Positions 39,636-50,690 are shown, numbered from the stretch's first letter. The stretch is 64,000 bases of DNA from Deinococcota bacterium (GCA_041695225.1 JBGFRI010000014.1:64001-128000), one strand, 5' to 3'. The notes: generated by a model not told the origin, from the letters alone. Numbers and translations: made by a program.

Positions 39636-41050
39636 GCGAGCTGCCCTGGATAGTCTGGGTGGTGCTGACTCCGTTGGCCGGTGCCCTGCTGGCTTTTCTC
39701 TGGCCTGCGCAGGGGGTCAGGGTAGCCTTGCTGGCAGGGCTCGGTACTGGGGTGGCCGTGCTGGGCCTGAGCCTGCAACTAGCCCAGCTAGGGGCTCAGC
39801 GCTACGCGGTTGGGGCCTGGGACCCCCCACTGGGTATTAGCCTTTACGCCGACGGCCTTACCGCGGTTATGCTGCTCATGACCCTGCTGGTTTTTGCGCC
39901 CACGCTGGTTTATGCCCGGGCCTATTTCAAACAGACTGCCCATCTTTTCTGGTCGCTGGGGCTTTTCTTATGGGCAGCCCTGAACGCGCTGTTTTTATCG
40001 GGCGATGTGTTTAATCTCTACGTTACCCTCGAGCTGCTGGGGCTCTCGGCGGTGGCCCTGACCGCCCTGGGAGGCCAGTCTCAGGCCCTGGTTGCGGCCT
40101 ATCGCTACCTGCTGGCCAGCCTGCTTGGCTCGCTATCGTACTTGCTGGGGGTAGGGCTGCTCTATGCCGAGTATGCTACTCTCGACCTGCAAACCCTGGG
40201 CCAGGTTATTGGCCTGGACCCTGCCAGCGCGGTGGCCCTGGCCCTGATGGCTACCGGGATGCTGCTTAAAACTGCTCTTTTCCCGCTGCACTTCTGGTTG
40301 CCCCCGGCCCACGCCAGCGCAGCCGCCCCAGTTAGCGCCCTGCTTTCGGGGCTGGTGGTCAAGGGCTCGCTGTATCTGCTGCTGCGCTTATGGCTCGAGT
40401 TCTTCCCCGAGACTACGGTGCCTGCCAGCAGTCTGATACTTGGGCTGCTGGGAGCAGGGGCGGTTGTATGGGGTTCGTGGCAGGCCATCCGGGCTCGTCG
40501 GCTTAAGTTTCTGGTTGCTTACTCTACCGTAGCCCAGCTCGGATATCCCTTCCTGGCCTTCCCGCTGCTGGCAGCCGGTTGGGACGCCCTGGCTGCTCTG
40601 GTCTATTTCATGCTCTCCCACGCAGCTGCAAAGGCGGCCATGTTTCTGGCGGCGGGCAGTGTGCTGAGGGCCTTTGGCCAGGACCGGCTCGCCGAGCTGC
40701 ACGGGCTCTTGCGGGTTCTGCCGCTCTCGGTGGCGGCTTTTATCCTGGCCGGAATTAGCCTGATCGGGCTGCCGCCGTCCGGAGGCTTTGTGGCCAAGTG
40801 GCTACTGCTCGAGGCCGCCTTTGCCACAGGACAGTGGGGCTGGGCGCTGGTCACCCTACTGGGGACCTTGCTGGCAGCAGGCTATGTCTTCCGAATTCTG
40901 ACCCGGGCCCTCGAGGACACGACACTTTCAGATCGGCCCAGTCCCGTACCCCGCAGCATGGAGCTAACCGCACTCTTGCTGGCGGTGGCCTCGCTGCTGC
41001 TGGGTCTGGTTGCGCTACCCGTGCTGGGGTTGCTGGAGGTGGGCCGATAG
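39632..41050 (+). CDS. mnhD: Mrp/Mnh subunit D-like (complex I subunit 5 family), copy 1
   Basis: DVFNLYVTLE, KTALFPLHFWLPPAH, AYSTVAQ, GLPPSGGF. Confidence 0.88.
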   Translation: MSELPWIVWVVLTPLAGALLAFLWPAQGVRVALLAGLGTGVAVLGLSLQLAQLGAQRYAVGAWDPPLGISLYADGLTAVMLLMTLLVFAPTLVYARAYFKQTAHLFWSLGLFLWAALNALFLSGDVFNLYVTLELLGLSAVALTALGGQSQALVAAYRYLLASLLGSLSYLLGVGLLYAEYATLDLQTLGQVIGLDPASAVALALMATGMLLKTALFPLHFWLPPAHASAAAPVSALLSGLVVKGSLYLLLRLWLEFFPETTVPASSLILGLLGAGAVVWGSWQAIRARRLKFLVAYSTVAQLGYPFLAFPLLAAGWDALAALVYFMLSHAAAKAAMFLAAGSVLRAFGQDRLAELHGLLRVLPLSVAAFILAGISLIGLPPSGGFVAKWLLLEAAFATGQWGWALVTLLGTLLAAGYVFRILTRALEDTTLSDRPSPVPRSMELTALLLAVASLLLGLVALPVLGLLEVGR

Positions 41051-41091
41051 ACTGGACAATGGCGTGGCCGGGAATTGGGGATGATTAACCG

Positions 41092-42585
41092 ATGAACGAA
41101 GGCGGTCTGGTCTTGCTGGCCATTCTGCTCACCTCGCTGGTCCCGGGGCTGGTGATATTTTTTCTTGCCGAGGCCAGCGTACTTCTGCGCACCGTCATCA
41201 ACCTGGCGGGCGCTGTGCTGAAGCTGCTGCTGGTTTTATGGACCATGCACCAGGTTGGGCAAGGTGTCATCTACGAGCTGCGCTGGCCGTTCCTGCCTGG
41301 CCTTGACCTGGTCTTGCGAGCCGACCACCTGGCGGTATTCTTTGGCCTGCTGTCGGCCGGGCTATGGCTTTTGACCACCCTGTACGCAGTGGGCTATCTG
41401 GAGGGCTCCCCCAACCGCAGCCGTTTTTTCGGTTTTTTTAGCCTGTGCGTGTTTTCCACTACCGGCATCGCATTTGCCGGCAACCTGCACACTTTTTTCA
41501 TCTTCTACGAGCTGCTCACCATTACCACCTACCCTCTGGTTGTCCACCGGGGCACAGCCGCGGCTTTTCAGGCTGGAAGAATCTACCTGGCCTATACCCT
41601 TGGCGGTGGGGCGGTCTTGTTGCTTGGGGTAGTCTGGCTAAGCGTACTGGCCGGCCCAGTAGATTTCACTCAGGTGGGTATCCTGGAGGCAGTTTATACC
41701 CAGCAGCCCTCCACTCTGGTGCTGGTGTTTGCTTTGTTAGTGGCCGGCCTGGGGGTCAAGGCAGCGCTTTTTCTGCTGCACAGCTGGCTACCCATCGCCA
41801 TGGTGGCCCCGGCCCCGGTGAGTGCGCTGCTGCATGCCGTAGCGGTAGTCAAGGCCGGGGCTTTTGGGGTGGTGCGGGTGGTCTACGATGTCTATGGGGT
41901 GGGGCTCTTGGCCCGCCTCGAGCTCGATCTGCCCCTGGCCCTGTGGGCGGCCATGACCATTTTGTACGGCTCTCTGATGGCCCTGCGGCAGGACGATCTG
42001 AAGAGGCGTCTGGCCTACTCTACGGTTAGCCAGATCTCCTATATCGTTCTGGGTGTGGCCCTGCTTGGCCCGCTTGGCACGGTTGGGGGTCTGGCTCACC
42101 TGGTACATCAGGGGCTGATGAAAATTACCATGTTTATGTGCGCCGGAATTTTCTCCGAGGTGCACAACGTTAAAAAAGTCAGCCAGATGGCCGGGATGGG
42201 CAGACGGATGCCCTGGACTATGGCGGCCTTTAGTCTGACCGCCCTGGGTATGATCGGCCTGCCGCCGCTGGTGGGCTTTTACAGCAAGTGGTATCTGGCC
42301 CTGGGTGCGCTGGAGAGCCCATACCCGGCCTTTGCGCTGGTGCTGCTGGCCAGCAGCCTGCTCAACGCGGCTTACTTTTTGCCCATCCTGTACGCGGCCT
42401 GGTTTGTTGCTCCCAGTGCCGAACTGCCCCGAGCCAGCCGGCCAGGCCAGGAGACCTCCTGGATGCTGCTACTTCCCCCGATGGTCACCAGCCTGCTGGT
42501 ACTGGGCATGGGACTGCTGGCCGCCTCACCGTTCAGTCCGCTGGTCTGGGCAATCAGGTTTGCCCAGGGGGAGCACGGCCCATGA
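41092..42585 (+). CDS. Mrp/Mnh subunit D-like, copy 2
   Basis: FFIFYELLT, HSWLPIAMVAPAPVSALLH, LAYSTVSQ, GLPPLVGF. Confidence 0.88.
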   Translation: MNEGGLVLLAILLTSLVPGLVIFFLAEASVLLRTVINLAGAVLKLLLVLWTMHQVGQGVIYELRWPFLPGLDLVLRADHLAVFFGLLSAGLWLLTTLYAVGYLEGSPNRSRFFGFFSLCVFSTTGIAFAGNLHTFFIFYELLTITTYPLVVHRGTAAAFQAGRIYLAYTLGGGAVLLLGVVWLSVLAGPVDFTQVGILEAVYTQQPSTLVLVFALLVAGLGVKAALFLLHSWLPIAMVAPAPVSALLHAVAVVKAGAFGVVRVVYDVYGVGLLARLELDLPLALWAAMTILYGSLMALRQDDLKRRLAYSTVSQISYIVLGVALLGPLGTVGGLAHLVHQGLMKITMFMCAGIFSEVHNVKKVSQMAGMGRRMPWTMAAFSLTALGMIGLPPLVGFYSKWYLALGALESPYPAFALVLLASSLLNAAYFLPILYAAWFVAPSAELPRASRPGQETSWMLLLPPMVTSLLVLGMGLLAASPFSPLVWAIRFAQGEHGP

Positions 42586-44225
42586 CGGAGGCCTTGCTAC
42601 TACTCACCCCTGGGCTGCCATTGCTGCTGGCCCTGGCCATGGTTTTTCCAGGCTGGCGGGCAGCGGTCGTCTGGCTGGCGCCCTGGGCAGTCCTGCCCGC
42701 GCTGGGGCTGCTGGTTCTGGGCGACCTCGAGCTAAAGCTCCCCTGGCTTTTGCTGGGCAGCCATTTTGGCAGCGATGCCCTGAGCCGAGGGCTTTTGCTC
42801 CTGAGCGCCCCCTTGTGGCTGCTAGCAAGCATTTATGCCCAGAGCTACCTGGCCCACGACCCCCACAAACACCGTTTCTTCGCTTTTTTCCTGTTGGCCG
42901 CGGCCGGCAACCTGGGGGCGCTGGTAGCCCAGGATGCGGTGAGCTTTTATCTGTTTTTTGCCCTCATGAGTTTCGCGGCCTATGCCCTGGTGATCCACGA
43001 TGGCCGGGCGGCTTCGTTGTTTGCGGGTCGGGTCTATATTGTCCTGGTTCTGGTGGGCGAGACTTTTTTGCTGGGCGGGCTGCTCTTGTGGGCCAGCCTG
43101 GTGGGCGGGCTGGAAATGGCCCGCGTGCTGCACCCTCAGGACTGGCAGGGCCAGCTGGCCCTGGTTCTGTTGTTTTTGGGTTTTGGGGTAAAGGCGGGGG
43201 TGCTGGGGCTGCACGTCTGGCTTCCACTGGCCCACCCCGCTGCACCCACCCCGGCCAGTGCGGTTTTGAGTGGGGCCATGATCAAGCTGGGGGTGCTGGG
43301 CTGGCTGCGCTTCCTGCCACCGGGGCTCGACTGGGGGCCGGTCCTGATAGCGCTTGGCCTGACGGCAGCTTTCTATGGGGTGGCGGCAGGGCTGTTACAG
43401 CACAACCCCAAAACCCTGCTGGCCTACTCGAGTATCAGCCAGATGGGTCTGATCACCCTGGGGGTCGGGCTGGGTCTGGCCGTGCCAGAGCTGTGGCCGG
43501 CGGCGGTCTCGGCAGTGCTGTTTCTTGTGCTGCATCACGGCTGGGCCAAGGGTGCGCTCTTTTTGAGTACCGGCCTGAAGCCTGGCCCTTCCTGGGCCGT
43601 CAAGGCTTTGCTGGTACTGCCTGCCCTGAGCCTGGCAGCAGCCCCCTTGACCAGCGGAAGTCTGGCCAAAACCCAGCTCGATGCCCTGGCCCAGACCACC
43701 CCCTGGGCCGAGCCGCTCGGCCTGCTGCTCAGCCTTAGCTCGGTGGCCACCACCTTGTTGATGGTCCGCTTTCTGGCCCTGGTCTGGCCGCAGCCGGAAG
43801 CAAAGTCAGCGCGGTCTGCGGGTCTGCTGGTGGGCTGGCTAGGTCTGGTATCTGGTAGTGTTGCGCTGGCCTGGTGGCCCCAGCCAGCAATATTTCTGGC
43901 CCCGGAAAAGATACTGGCCGCGGCCTGGCCGGTGTTGCTGGGAACTGCGCTGGCCTGGGGGGCCTACAGGCTGGGCCTGAGCAAGGCCCTGAGACTACCA
44001 GGATGGCTAGCCCCTTCCGTTCCGCGGCCCGGCCAGAGGGTGTTGAGCCGGTTGGAGAACCACCTGGCAGCCCTGCTAAAGGCCACCCAGAGCCTGAAAC
44101 AGACTGGCTTTGACCGGCTTGCCAAGCCTCCTCCGCCGCCGAAAATACTCCCTATTGGCTGGGTGATGGTTGGGGTGCTTTTTCTCGGCTTGCTCTTACT
44201 TCAGGTATTGGTGCTGCTGCTTTGA
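42582..44225 (+). CDS. Mrp/Mnh subunit D/NuoL-like, copy 3
   Basis: KAGVLGLHVWLPLAHPAAPTPASAVLSG, LAYSSISQ; ATG 42582 overlaps the previous stop. Confidence 0.85.
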   Translation: MTEALLLLTPGLPLLLALAMVFPGWRAAVVWLAPWAVLPALGLLVLGDLELKLPWLLLGSHFGSDALSRGLLLLSAPLWLLASIYAQSYLAHDPHKHRFFAFFLLAAAGNLGALVAQDAVSFYLFFALMSFAAYALVIHDGRAASLFAGRVYIVLVLVGETFLLGGLLLWASLVGGLEMARVLHPQDWQGQLALVLLFLGFGVKAGVLGLHVWLPLAHPAAPTPASAVLSGAMIKLGVLGWLRFLPPGLDWGPVLIALGLTAAFYGVAAGLLQHNPKTLLAYSSISQMGLITLGVGLGLAVPELWPAAVSAVLFLVLHHGWAKGALFLSTGLKPGPSWAVKALLVLPALSLAAAPLTSGSLAKTQLDALAQTTPWAEPLGLLLSLSSVATTLLMVRFLALVWPQPEAKSARSAGLLVGWLGLVSGSVALAWWPQPAIFLAPEKILAAAWPVLLGTALAWGAYRLGLSKALRLPGWLAPSVPRPGQRVLSRLENHLAALLKATQSLKQTGFDRLAKPPPPPKILPIGWVMVGVLFLGLLLLQVLVLLL

Positions 44226-44237
44226 GGTCTTCTGTGG

Positions 44238-45848
44238 TCAGGTCCAGGGGTCTTTGTCTGGGTCTGGGCCGTTTTTCGCAAGCTGCTCTTGCGTCAAACT
44301 GGGGGCCTTTGTGTCGCTTTTTTCCAAAACCAGCTGGCCCAGGCGTTCCCCAGCCTCGGAGAAGGGACGGAAGATCAGGCTGGCCCCCGCAGCTTCCAGG
44401 ACCGGATCTTCTTCGCGGTGGAAGCTGGTAGCGGCTATCAGGCCGGCATAGCCGCGCCTTCTTATCTGGCGCAGGGCCTGCAGCTTGGCCTCGAGCTCGG
44501 GCAGGGCCAGCACAATGCCCCGCAGACCATCTAGCTCGAGGTACTGCCACAGGTCGTAGTCTTCGGCGTCGCCATAAAGCACCCGGCGCCCTTTGGCCTG
44601 CTGGGCTTTTATTTTTTCCGGGTCGCTGTCGAGCCCCAGCACCGGCTGATTTTGCTGACTCAAATAGCGGTAGGCGGCGGCGCCGGTGCGGCCCATACCC
44701 ACAATTAGCCAGGCTGCTCCATCCAGGCGGGTGGGCTCGAGGTCGGGGTGGAATAAACCTCGCTCAAAACGTAGCAAAAAACGCTCCATGCGCTCGTAAA
44801 TAGAGTGTGAGACCCAGTTCAATGGGGCCGCCAGGACCATCGAAAGCCCCACCGCAACCGCAAAAACCGTCTCCCACTGCTCGGATAAAAGCCCCTGGGC
44901 CATGGCCATAGCTACCGCTACCAGCACAAACTCGCTATAACTGGCCAGGCTTACGCTGGCCAGAAAGCTGGTTCTGGCCCGCAGCCCCGAGCGCACAAAC
45001 AGCCAGAACAGCAAGGCGGTTGTTACCGGCAGCAAAGCCACAAACCCCAGGCCCAGCAAAAATCCCCCCAGACTGGGCAGCCCGGCCAGGCCCACCTTAA
45101 GGAAAAACGCCACCAGAAAGGTCTCGCGCAGGCCCCACAGCAGTCTCGAGAGCTCCATTACCTTGGGGTGCTGGGCCAGCACCGCGCCTATAAACAGGGC
45201 GCCCAGCTCGGGGGCAATGCCCACTATGCGCGCCACTTCTCCCCCGCCCAAAGCCAGCAGCAGGCCCAGCAGCAGCACCAGCTCGCTATGCCCGCTGCGG
45301 TCCAGCACCCAGCCAAGGGGCCAGCGCAAAAGCGGCAACAAAAATAGTAGCAGCGCCCAGGGGCTGGGGTTCTGCACCCCAATCAGAATCAGCAGGCCCA
45401 GCGAGGCCAGGTCTTTGAGAATCGAGACCCCCACCGCTACCCGCCCGTGGAACGAGACCAGCTCGCGCTTCTGCTCCAGCACCTTGCCCAGCAGCACCGT
45501 GCTGGGATTGGCCAGGGCCACTGCCAGCAGCAGCAGCACCACCCAGTTCTGGCTTACCCCCACCACCCACAGCACCACCAGAAGCAAGGGAATAACCAGC
45601 AACAGGTGCAGCCCCCCCACCCCGGCCACTTCGCGGCGGGCCATGCCCCCCAGGTTCAGGGTCAGGCCAATGGTAAACAAGAGCAGCAAAACCCCCACCT
45701 GGGCAATGCCTTCCAGTAGCGGGGTGCTCTGTACCCCCAGCAGGCTCAGGGCCAGGCCAGCAGCCAGATAGCCCACCAGGGCTGGCAGTTTAAGTGCAGT
45801 TGCCAGCAGGCCAAACACAAAAGCAATCGCAATGTGTATAGCTTCCAA
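44238..45848 (-). CDS. CPA2 (Kef-type) cation:proton antiporter with TrkA-N domain
   Basis: LPALVGYLAAG, LLFTIGL, SYSEF, VGMGRTG, YGDAED; GGAGG RBS before TTG. Confidence 0.9.
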   Translation of the reverse strand: MEAIHIAIAFVFGLLATALKLPALVGYLAAGLALSLLGVQSTPLLEGIAQVGVLLLLFTIGLTLNLGGMARREVAGVGGLHLLLVIPLLLVVLWVVGVSQNWVVLLLLAVALANPSTVLLGKVLEQKRELVSFHGRVAVGVSILKDLASLGLLILIGVQNPSPWALLLFLLPLLRWPLGWVLDRSGHSELVLLLGLLLALGGGEVARIVGIAPELGALFIGAVLAQHPKVMELSRLLWGLRETFLVAFFLKVGLAGLPSLGGFLLGLGFVALLPVTTALLFWLFVRSGLRARTSFLASVSLASYSEFVLVAVAMAMAQGLLSEQWETVFAVAVGLSMVLAAPLNWVSHSIYERMERFLLRFERGLFHPDLEPTRLDGAAWLIVGMGRTGAAAYRYLSQQNQPVLGLDSDPEKIKAQQAKGRRVLYGDAEDYDLWQYLELDGLRGIVLALPELEAKLQALRQIRRRGYAGLIAATSFHREEDPVLEAAGASLIFRPFSEAGERLGQLVLEKSDTKAPSLTQEQLAKNGPDPDKDPWT

Positions 45849-46599
45849 GCAACCTCCCCATATCCACGTAAATCATACCGGCTTCACCCAGAACCCACTC
45901 ATTACCCTGATAGGGCAATATCAGTGATCAAGCAGTGCTCCACCCTGCTGCCTTACTCGGTTGACAAAAGCGCCGCGCACAGTAGTGACCCACTTGACAA
46001 ACCCAGGGCAGGCCTAGGGAAGGGTGGTTGGGGAGTGTCATTGTTGGTAAAAGTTGCTTTGCGAAACCCGTGCAGGGGGGCGAAGCACTCAGATTGACAG
46101 TGGTTTGGTAGCCTGGTCGGGCAATCAATTGCGCCTAACACACTAGTGTTGGCCCTTGCACTAGCCAGGAGATATAAAGTTCCACACAGCACCGATATTC
46201 AGACAAACCAGCAGGGGAACGACAGCCCGCCGGTAATGCTATAGAGCGCCGAGCACATCGTCAAAGACGAAACTGTAAAAGGCAATCTTGCAGCAACTAC
46301 ACTGCCCCGGTCGGTTGCTTCCTGCGGGTAGCGGCCTATCTTGCCACCAAACGTTCGATCTGGCCGTAGAAAGCATTAATGCCCGTTATGAACGCAGCCA
46401 GTGTCATGAGGGCCAGAGCGACCGCGCCCAGTTAGGCCAGGTTCATAGGCTGCTTTTCAAAATAGGTGTAGGGGAGCATGCCAACGCTGGCTAGGCCTGC
46501 ACTGAACCATAGCAGGAAGGTCATTTGCGGACTGCGGGTAAGCTCGAGGTCGAGGACGGCTCGAGCCCCCGGCAGCAAATAGGCGCCCACCAGAAGCAG

Positions 46600-46783
46600 A
46601 GGCTAGGTTAGAGTTCAGCTCGAACCCCAGCAAAAAGTTCAGTCCGGCCATAATCATTACAAAGGCAAACAGGCCCGAGGTAACCCCAAAAAGCTCGGCG
46701 AAGCGGTCAACCGCGCAACCTGCGGCCCAGTTGGTCCAGGTGAATTGAACAAACCCACCTAAGGTAAATGCTCCAACGTCCAA
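46600..46783 (-). pseudogene. Possible remnant of a YihY/BrkB-family membrane protein
   Basis: FGVTSGLFAFVMIMAGLNFLLGFELN resembles the YihY C-terminal LLGAELN motif; no full ORF. Confidence 0.3.
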
Positions 46784-47221
46784 ACAGATAAGGCCGAACT
46801 AGCGCCGCCTCTCCGGGGAGTCTTTTCCTCGGACCACTTTGAGCAGATGGAGCATGCCCGAATCTCTGAAACTGCTACCAGGGCCAAAATCGTTACCAGC
46901 GGATTGTAGGCCTCCATGGTTGTCACCTCCACGTTCCCCAATCGCTATACCAAAATATCGAGAGTCCGTGCACCCTTGTTTCGCTTGAGTTTCCAGCGTC
47001 CCGATAAACCCGTGTCCGGCCTCATTCACCTAATCAAGCTGTGTTGCAACCCCAGGATTTTGGTACTCGGGAGACATCCCTGGACAATATTCTCCCTTTC
47101 TAGGCGAGGGAGCTACATGACCTCCTCTGGTCTAAAAAGGGTAGGTGCGGGCGCAAAAAGCCAGAGTGTTCTGTCACGGGCGCGGCTAGGTGCATCTGGA
47201 CTGTGGTAATTTTATAGGTAT

Positions 47222-47782
47222 ATGCACCAAGAACTTCAAGAGCTGGCCCTGCGTTTTGGCAAACCACTCGAGGTCACCCGCAGTCTGGGGGCAAATAGCT
47301 TTTTAGCTTCCCGCAAAACCCATATTGCCGAGGTGTGTCTGGCGGTTAAGCGGGCTAACGGGCGGCTACTCACCATGACCAAAGCCTTTTACCCCAGCGG
47401 AATCTACCGCTTACCAACGGGAAGCATTGGGTTGAGCGAGCCAGTAGCAGAGGCCTTGCAGCGCGAAATTTGGGAAGAAACCGGCCTGGAAATGGAAATT
47501 CTGCGCTTTCTGGCTCACATCACCTATCTCCACAACGAAGGCCGCATTTTCCACAGTTATATCTTCTTGCTGGCATCTGAAGGCCAGCCAGCCCCGCAGG
47601 ACCATAGCGAACAGATCAGCGGGTTCTACGAGGTAAGCACCTCCGATCTACTGCAAATAGCTCAGCAACTCCAAAATCTCCCGCCAGAATACTCTAGCCA
47701 GCTGGGAGCAACCTGGAGCGATTGGGGCATATTCAGGGCGGTTGTACACCAGGTTACGGCCGAGGCCCTGGCCCAACGGTGA
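47222..47782 (+). CDS. NUDIX hydrolase
   Basis: LPTGSIGLSEPVAEALQREIWEETGL Nudix box. Confidence 0.9.
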   Translation: MHQELQELALRFGKPLEVTRSLGANSFLASRKTHIAEVCLAVKRANGRLLTMTKAFYPSGIYRLPTGSIGLSEPVAEALQREIWEETGLEMEILRFLAHITYLHNEGRIFHSYIFLLASEGQPAPQDHSEQISGFYEVSTSDLLQIAQQLQNLPPEYSSQLGATWSDWGIFRAVVHQVTAEALAQR

Positions 47783-48342
47783 GCGGCCCGCAAGGCTACT
47801 CGAGGGCAAGCTGCTGGGACACCAGCCCAGACCCATAATGGCCTGGACGATCTGGAGCTTTGTTGCATCAAACCTCGTAAAGCATCCCAAATTTGCGGCT
47901 CAGGCAGCCAAACGGCCAGTGTGGCCTGCATCATGGTCCATACCGTGTCCCTTGCGGGTATGGGCCGCCTGATCCCCGGCCGTTAGTGAGCCAAAGCCCC
48001 CAGATGGGCAGTTTCCTTGTGACGTTCGGGCAACCAGATGTAAGCTTCTTGGGCAGTCGCACCGCCAATCATAGAGCACTACTTTGGTCGCTTTTCACCT
48101 TGCTTGAACCCAGCAGACAGCCAAAACGTACCGGCCAGCTTCGCATCAGTCTCGTCTCGACCAAGGCACAGCGTTTGTGATGGGGCGGTAGGTCTGGCTT
48201 TAGACGCCAAAGGTAATTCCTGGAATCGCTGCGGTCGTTTTTGTCAGGGCGCAGGCTGTTCGTCAAGTTAAACATGGAAAGAATCTGCCTTTAGGTGTAG
48301 TTTTGTAGGGTGCGTGGTGCCCGGCGCTGAGGCACCATTTTT

Positions 48343-49845
48343 ATGTCGAGGATCGTTCGCAACACCCTTCTGGTCATGTCTGGAACCCTGTCCAGCCGCT
48401 TGCTGGGGCAGGTACGCCAGACTATTCTGGCCAATTTGCCACTGCCAGATACCATTAAAGATGCCTTCTGGGTAGCCTATCGCATTCCCAACCTGTTGCG
48501 CGAACTGCTGGCCGAGGGGGCCATCCAGAATGCGCTGATTCCAGTGCTGACGAGCCTTCCACCGGCCGAGGCCAGACTGTTTGCCAGACGCTTCGGGGCC
48601 TTTCTGGTTGGGGTCAATCTGGTAATTCTGGGCCTGGGGATAGTCTTTGCTCCGCAAATTGCCAGCGCTGTTCTGTGGATTTCCACTCTTTCCCACGGCC
48701 AGCCCAGCCCACTGCAAGAGCCAGCGGTCTTCGAACAGCTGGTCTTGATGATCCGGCTGACCATGCCATTCTTGCTTTCAATCTCGATGGCCTCGCTATT
48801 TTCTTCCATGCTGCAATCCAGTGAGCGTTTTGGCGTCACCAGTTTTAGTCCCATTGCCTTCAACCTTGGTTCGATAGTGCTGATGCTGCTTTTTCCCAGC
48901 AGTGTGGTAGCGCTGGGGTTATCGGTCACAGTAGGCGGCGCCTTGCAAGCTTTGGTGCAGCTCCCGGCTCTGAGGGGCTACGGGCTGGAATTTAACTGGC
49001 ACCCGGCTTTCCGCCAGGCACTTTTACGCATGGGGCCGTTTGCCTTCACTACCTCGGTGCGGCAGTTTTCCAACCTGGTCTTGCTGGGTATTCTGGCGGC
49101 CTATCCCTCAGCAGCGGTCACGGGCTTTCAGAATGGTGAGCTGATATTTACTACCGCGTTGGGCCTGCTGGCGGTCTCGCCAGCGATTGCCGTGTTTCCC
49201 CAGCTTTCGGCTCTTGCTGGTAACGGCCGCCTGGCCGAGGCCAGAATGCTTTTGGGCCGGGTTTTGCAGCGTATGACAGTGCCGATGGGCTTTGCGGCTG
49301 CCATGATGGTTGCGCTGGCACCCTGGGTTGTGGGCAGCCTGTTTGCCATCACCGACAATTTCACCGAGGCAAACCGGGCTTTTACCACTCAGACGGTCAT
49401 GGCGCTGGGCTTTGCTCTGTTGCCATGGGGTCTGATCCAGCTGCTGTTGCGGGGGTTTTATGCGCTAGGGCAGGTTGGCCAGGCGGTTAGTGTAACGGTG
49501 ATGGTGGCATTGCTGAATGTTTTTGGTTACTGGCTTTTTCGCGAGCAGGGTTTGTTTGTGTTGAACCTGGCAACAGCCATTGCGGGTTGGGTGGGTCTGG
49601 CCATTTATGCCCGACGGTTGCAGCGTTTTGAGATGGTGGTCCAGACCGAGGTATGGTTGGTGGTGGGAAAGGTGTTACTGGCAGCAGTTCCGGCCGGTTT
49701 AGCTGCGCACGCCGTAGCAATCCAGTTTGGCATTCCAGCCTTTTTTCTACAGAATTTCCTACCGCTCGCGGCAGGGGGTCTGGTGGGACTGGCAGTATTT
49801 GCCGGGATTGCTTACCTCTTGCGGCTGCCAATTATGCTGAGGTAA
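48343..49845 (+). CDS. murJ: Lipid II flippase MurJ (MviN)
   Basis: SRLLGQVR, DAFWVAYRIPNLLRELLAEGA, RGFYALG. Confidence 0.93.
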   Translation: MSRIVRNTLLVMSGTLSSRLLGQVRQTILANLPLPDTIKDAFWVAYRIPNLLRELLAEGAIQNALIPVLTSLPPAEARLFARRFGAFLVGVNLVILGLGIVFAPQIASAVLWISTLSHGQPSPLQEPAVFEQLVLMIRLTMPFLLSISMASLFSSMLQSSERFGVTSFSPIAFNLGSIVLMLLFPSSVVALGLSVTVGGALQALVQLPALRGYGLEFNWHPAFRQALLRMGPFAFTTSVRQFSNLVLLGILAAYPSAAVTGFQNGELIFTTALGLLAVSPAIAVFPQLSALAGNGRLAEARMLLGRVLQRMTVPMGFAAAMMVALAPWVVGSLFAITDNFTEANRAFTTQTVMALGFALLPWGLIQLLLRGFYALGQVGQAVSVTVMVALLNVFGYWLFREQGLFVLNLATAIAGWVGLAIYARRLQRFEMVVQTEVWLVVGKVLLAAVPAGLAAHAVAIQFGIPAFFLQNFLPLAAGGLVGLAVFAGIAYLLRLPIMLR

Positions 49846-49872
49846 AGCTACAACCACAGCCTGCCGGCCACT

Positions 49873-50601
49873 CTAACCCACCGACGACTTTGCTTTCTTA
49901 TGCAATCCGCTCCTCTGCTCTGGTGTAAGTTCGCGTAGCAGGGCCAACCGCAGACGAGCAATTTCGGACTCGAGGCGGTTTTGCTGGATGTCTAGCTCGT
50001 CGCGCAGACGAATAATCTCTTCTACCCCTGCCAGATTAATGCCCAATTCTTGTGTTAGGCGGCGAATTTCTTTTAGTTTTTCCACGTCGCGTTCGGAGTA
50101 GAGGCGGGTCTTGCCGGAGGTGCGGCTTGGTGCAACCAGGCCCTCCCGCTCATAAAGGCGTAAGGTCTGGGGATGCATGCCCACAATGTCGGCGGCCACC
50201 GAAATGATATAGACCGGCCTCTCTTTCTCGCTGGTCTTTTTGCCCTTGCCCTCGTTGGGAGCGGGCAGGGCTAGGGGCGCCTTGAGGGCCTCCAGCTTTT
50301 CGCCGAGCTCTGTTTTCAGGCGTTCGGCCTCTTCTCGAAAGCGCTGCTCGAGCGCCCATAGCTCGTCGCGCAGTTTCATGATCTCTTCCACACCCGCCAG
50401 GTTGACCCCCAGTTCCTGGGTTAGGCGGCGAATTTCCCGAAGCTTCTCGACATCCCGTTCCGAATACAAGCGGGTCTTGCCCCCAGAACGCTTGGGCTGA
50501 ATCAAGCCCTTCCGTTCGTACAGCCTCAAGGTCTGAGGGTGCATGTCCACCAGTTCGGCGGCAACCGAAATGATGTAGACGGGACGATCTCTTTTATCCA
50601 T
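49873..50601 (-). CDS. hspR: Heat-shock repressor HspR, fused tandem-domain type
   Basis: Two near-identical MerR domains (PVYIISVAA...[13 protein letters not shown]...[11 protein letters not shown]...GVNLAGV). Confidence 0.9.
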   Translation of the reverse strand: MDKRDRPVYIISVAAELVDMHPQTLRLYERKGLIQPKRSGGKTRLYSERDVEKLREIRRLTQELGVNLAGVEEIMKLRDELWALEQRFREEAERLKTELGEKLEALKAPLALPAPNEGKGKKTSEKERPVYIISVAADIVGMHPQTLRLYEREGLVAPSRTSGKTRLYSERDVEKLKEIRRLTQELGINLAGVEEIIRLRDELDIQQNRLESEIARLRLALLRELTPEQRSGLHKKAKSSVG

Positions 50602-50690
50602 ATACCAATCGGGCTAAATACCCTTGACAAAACCAGTATACGGAAATCTCCACTCTTGCACCTCAATGGTTACAGGTTTGCTGTCTGGCA

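Noticed and set aside
42305..43738. 477-aa alternative-frame ORF
   Set aside because: Overlaps mnhD-like genes; Gly/Ala/Pro/Arg-rich off-frame translation
46101..46137. GATTG...GGTCGGGCAATC resembling the nhaA-I/DUF1646 core
   Set aside because: On the strand opposite the Kef gene, weak stems and no intact downstream gene
47783..48342. 560-bp gap with short ORFs before murJ
   Set aside because: No recognisable protein or RNA motif
50602..50690. HAIR operator upstream of hspR
   Set aside because: Only a half-site-like TTGAG; no CTTGAGT-N7-ACTCAAG match
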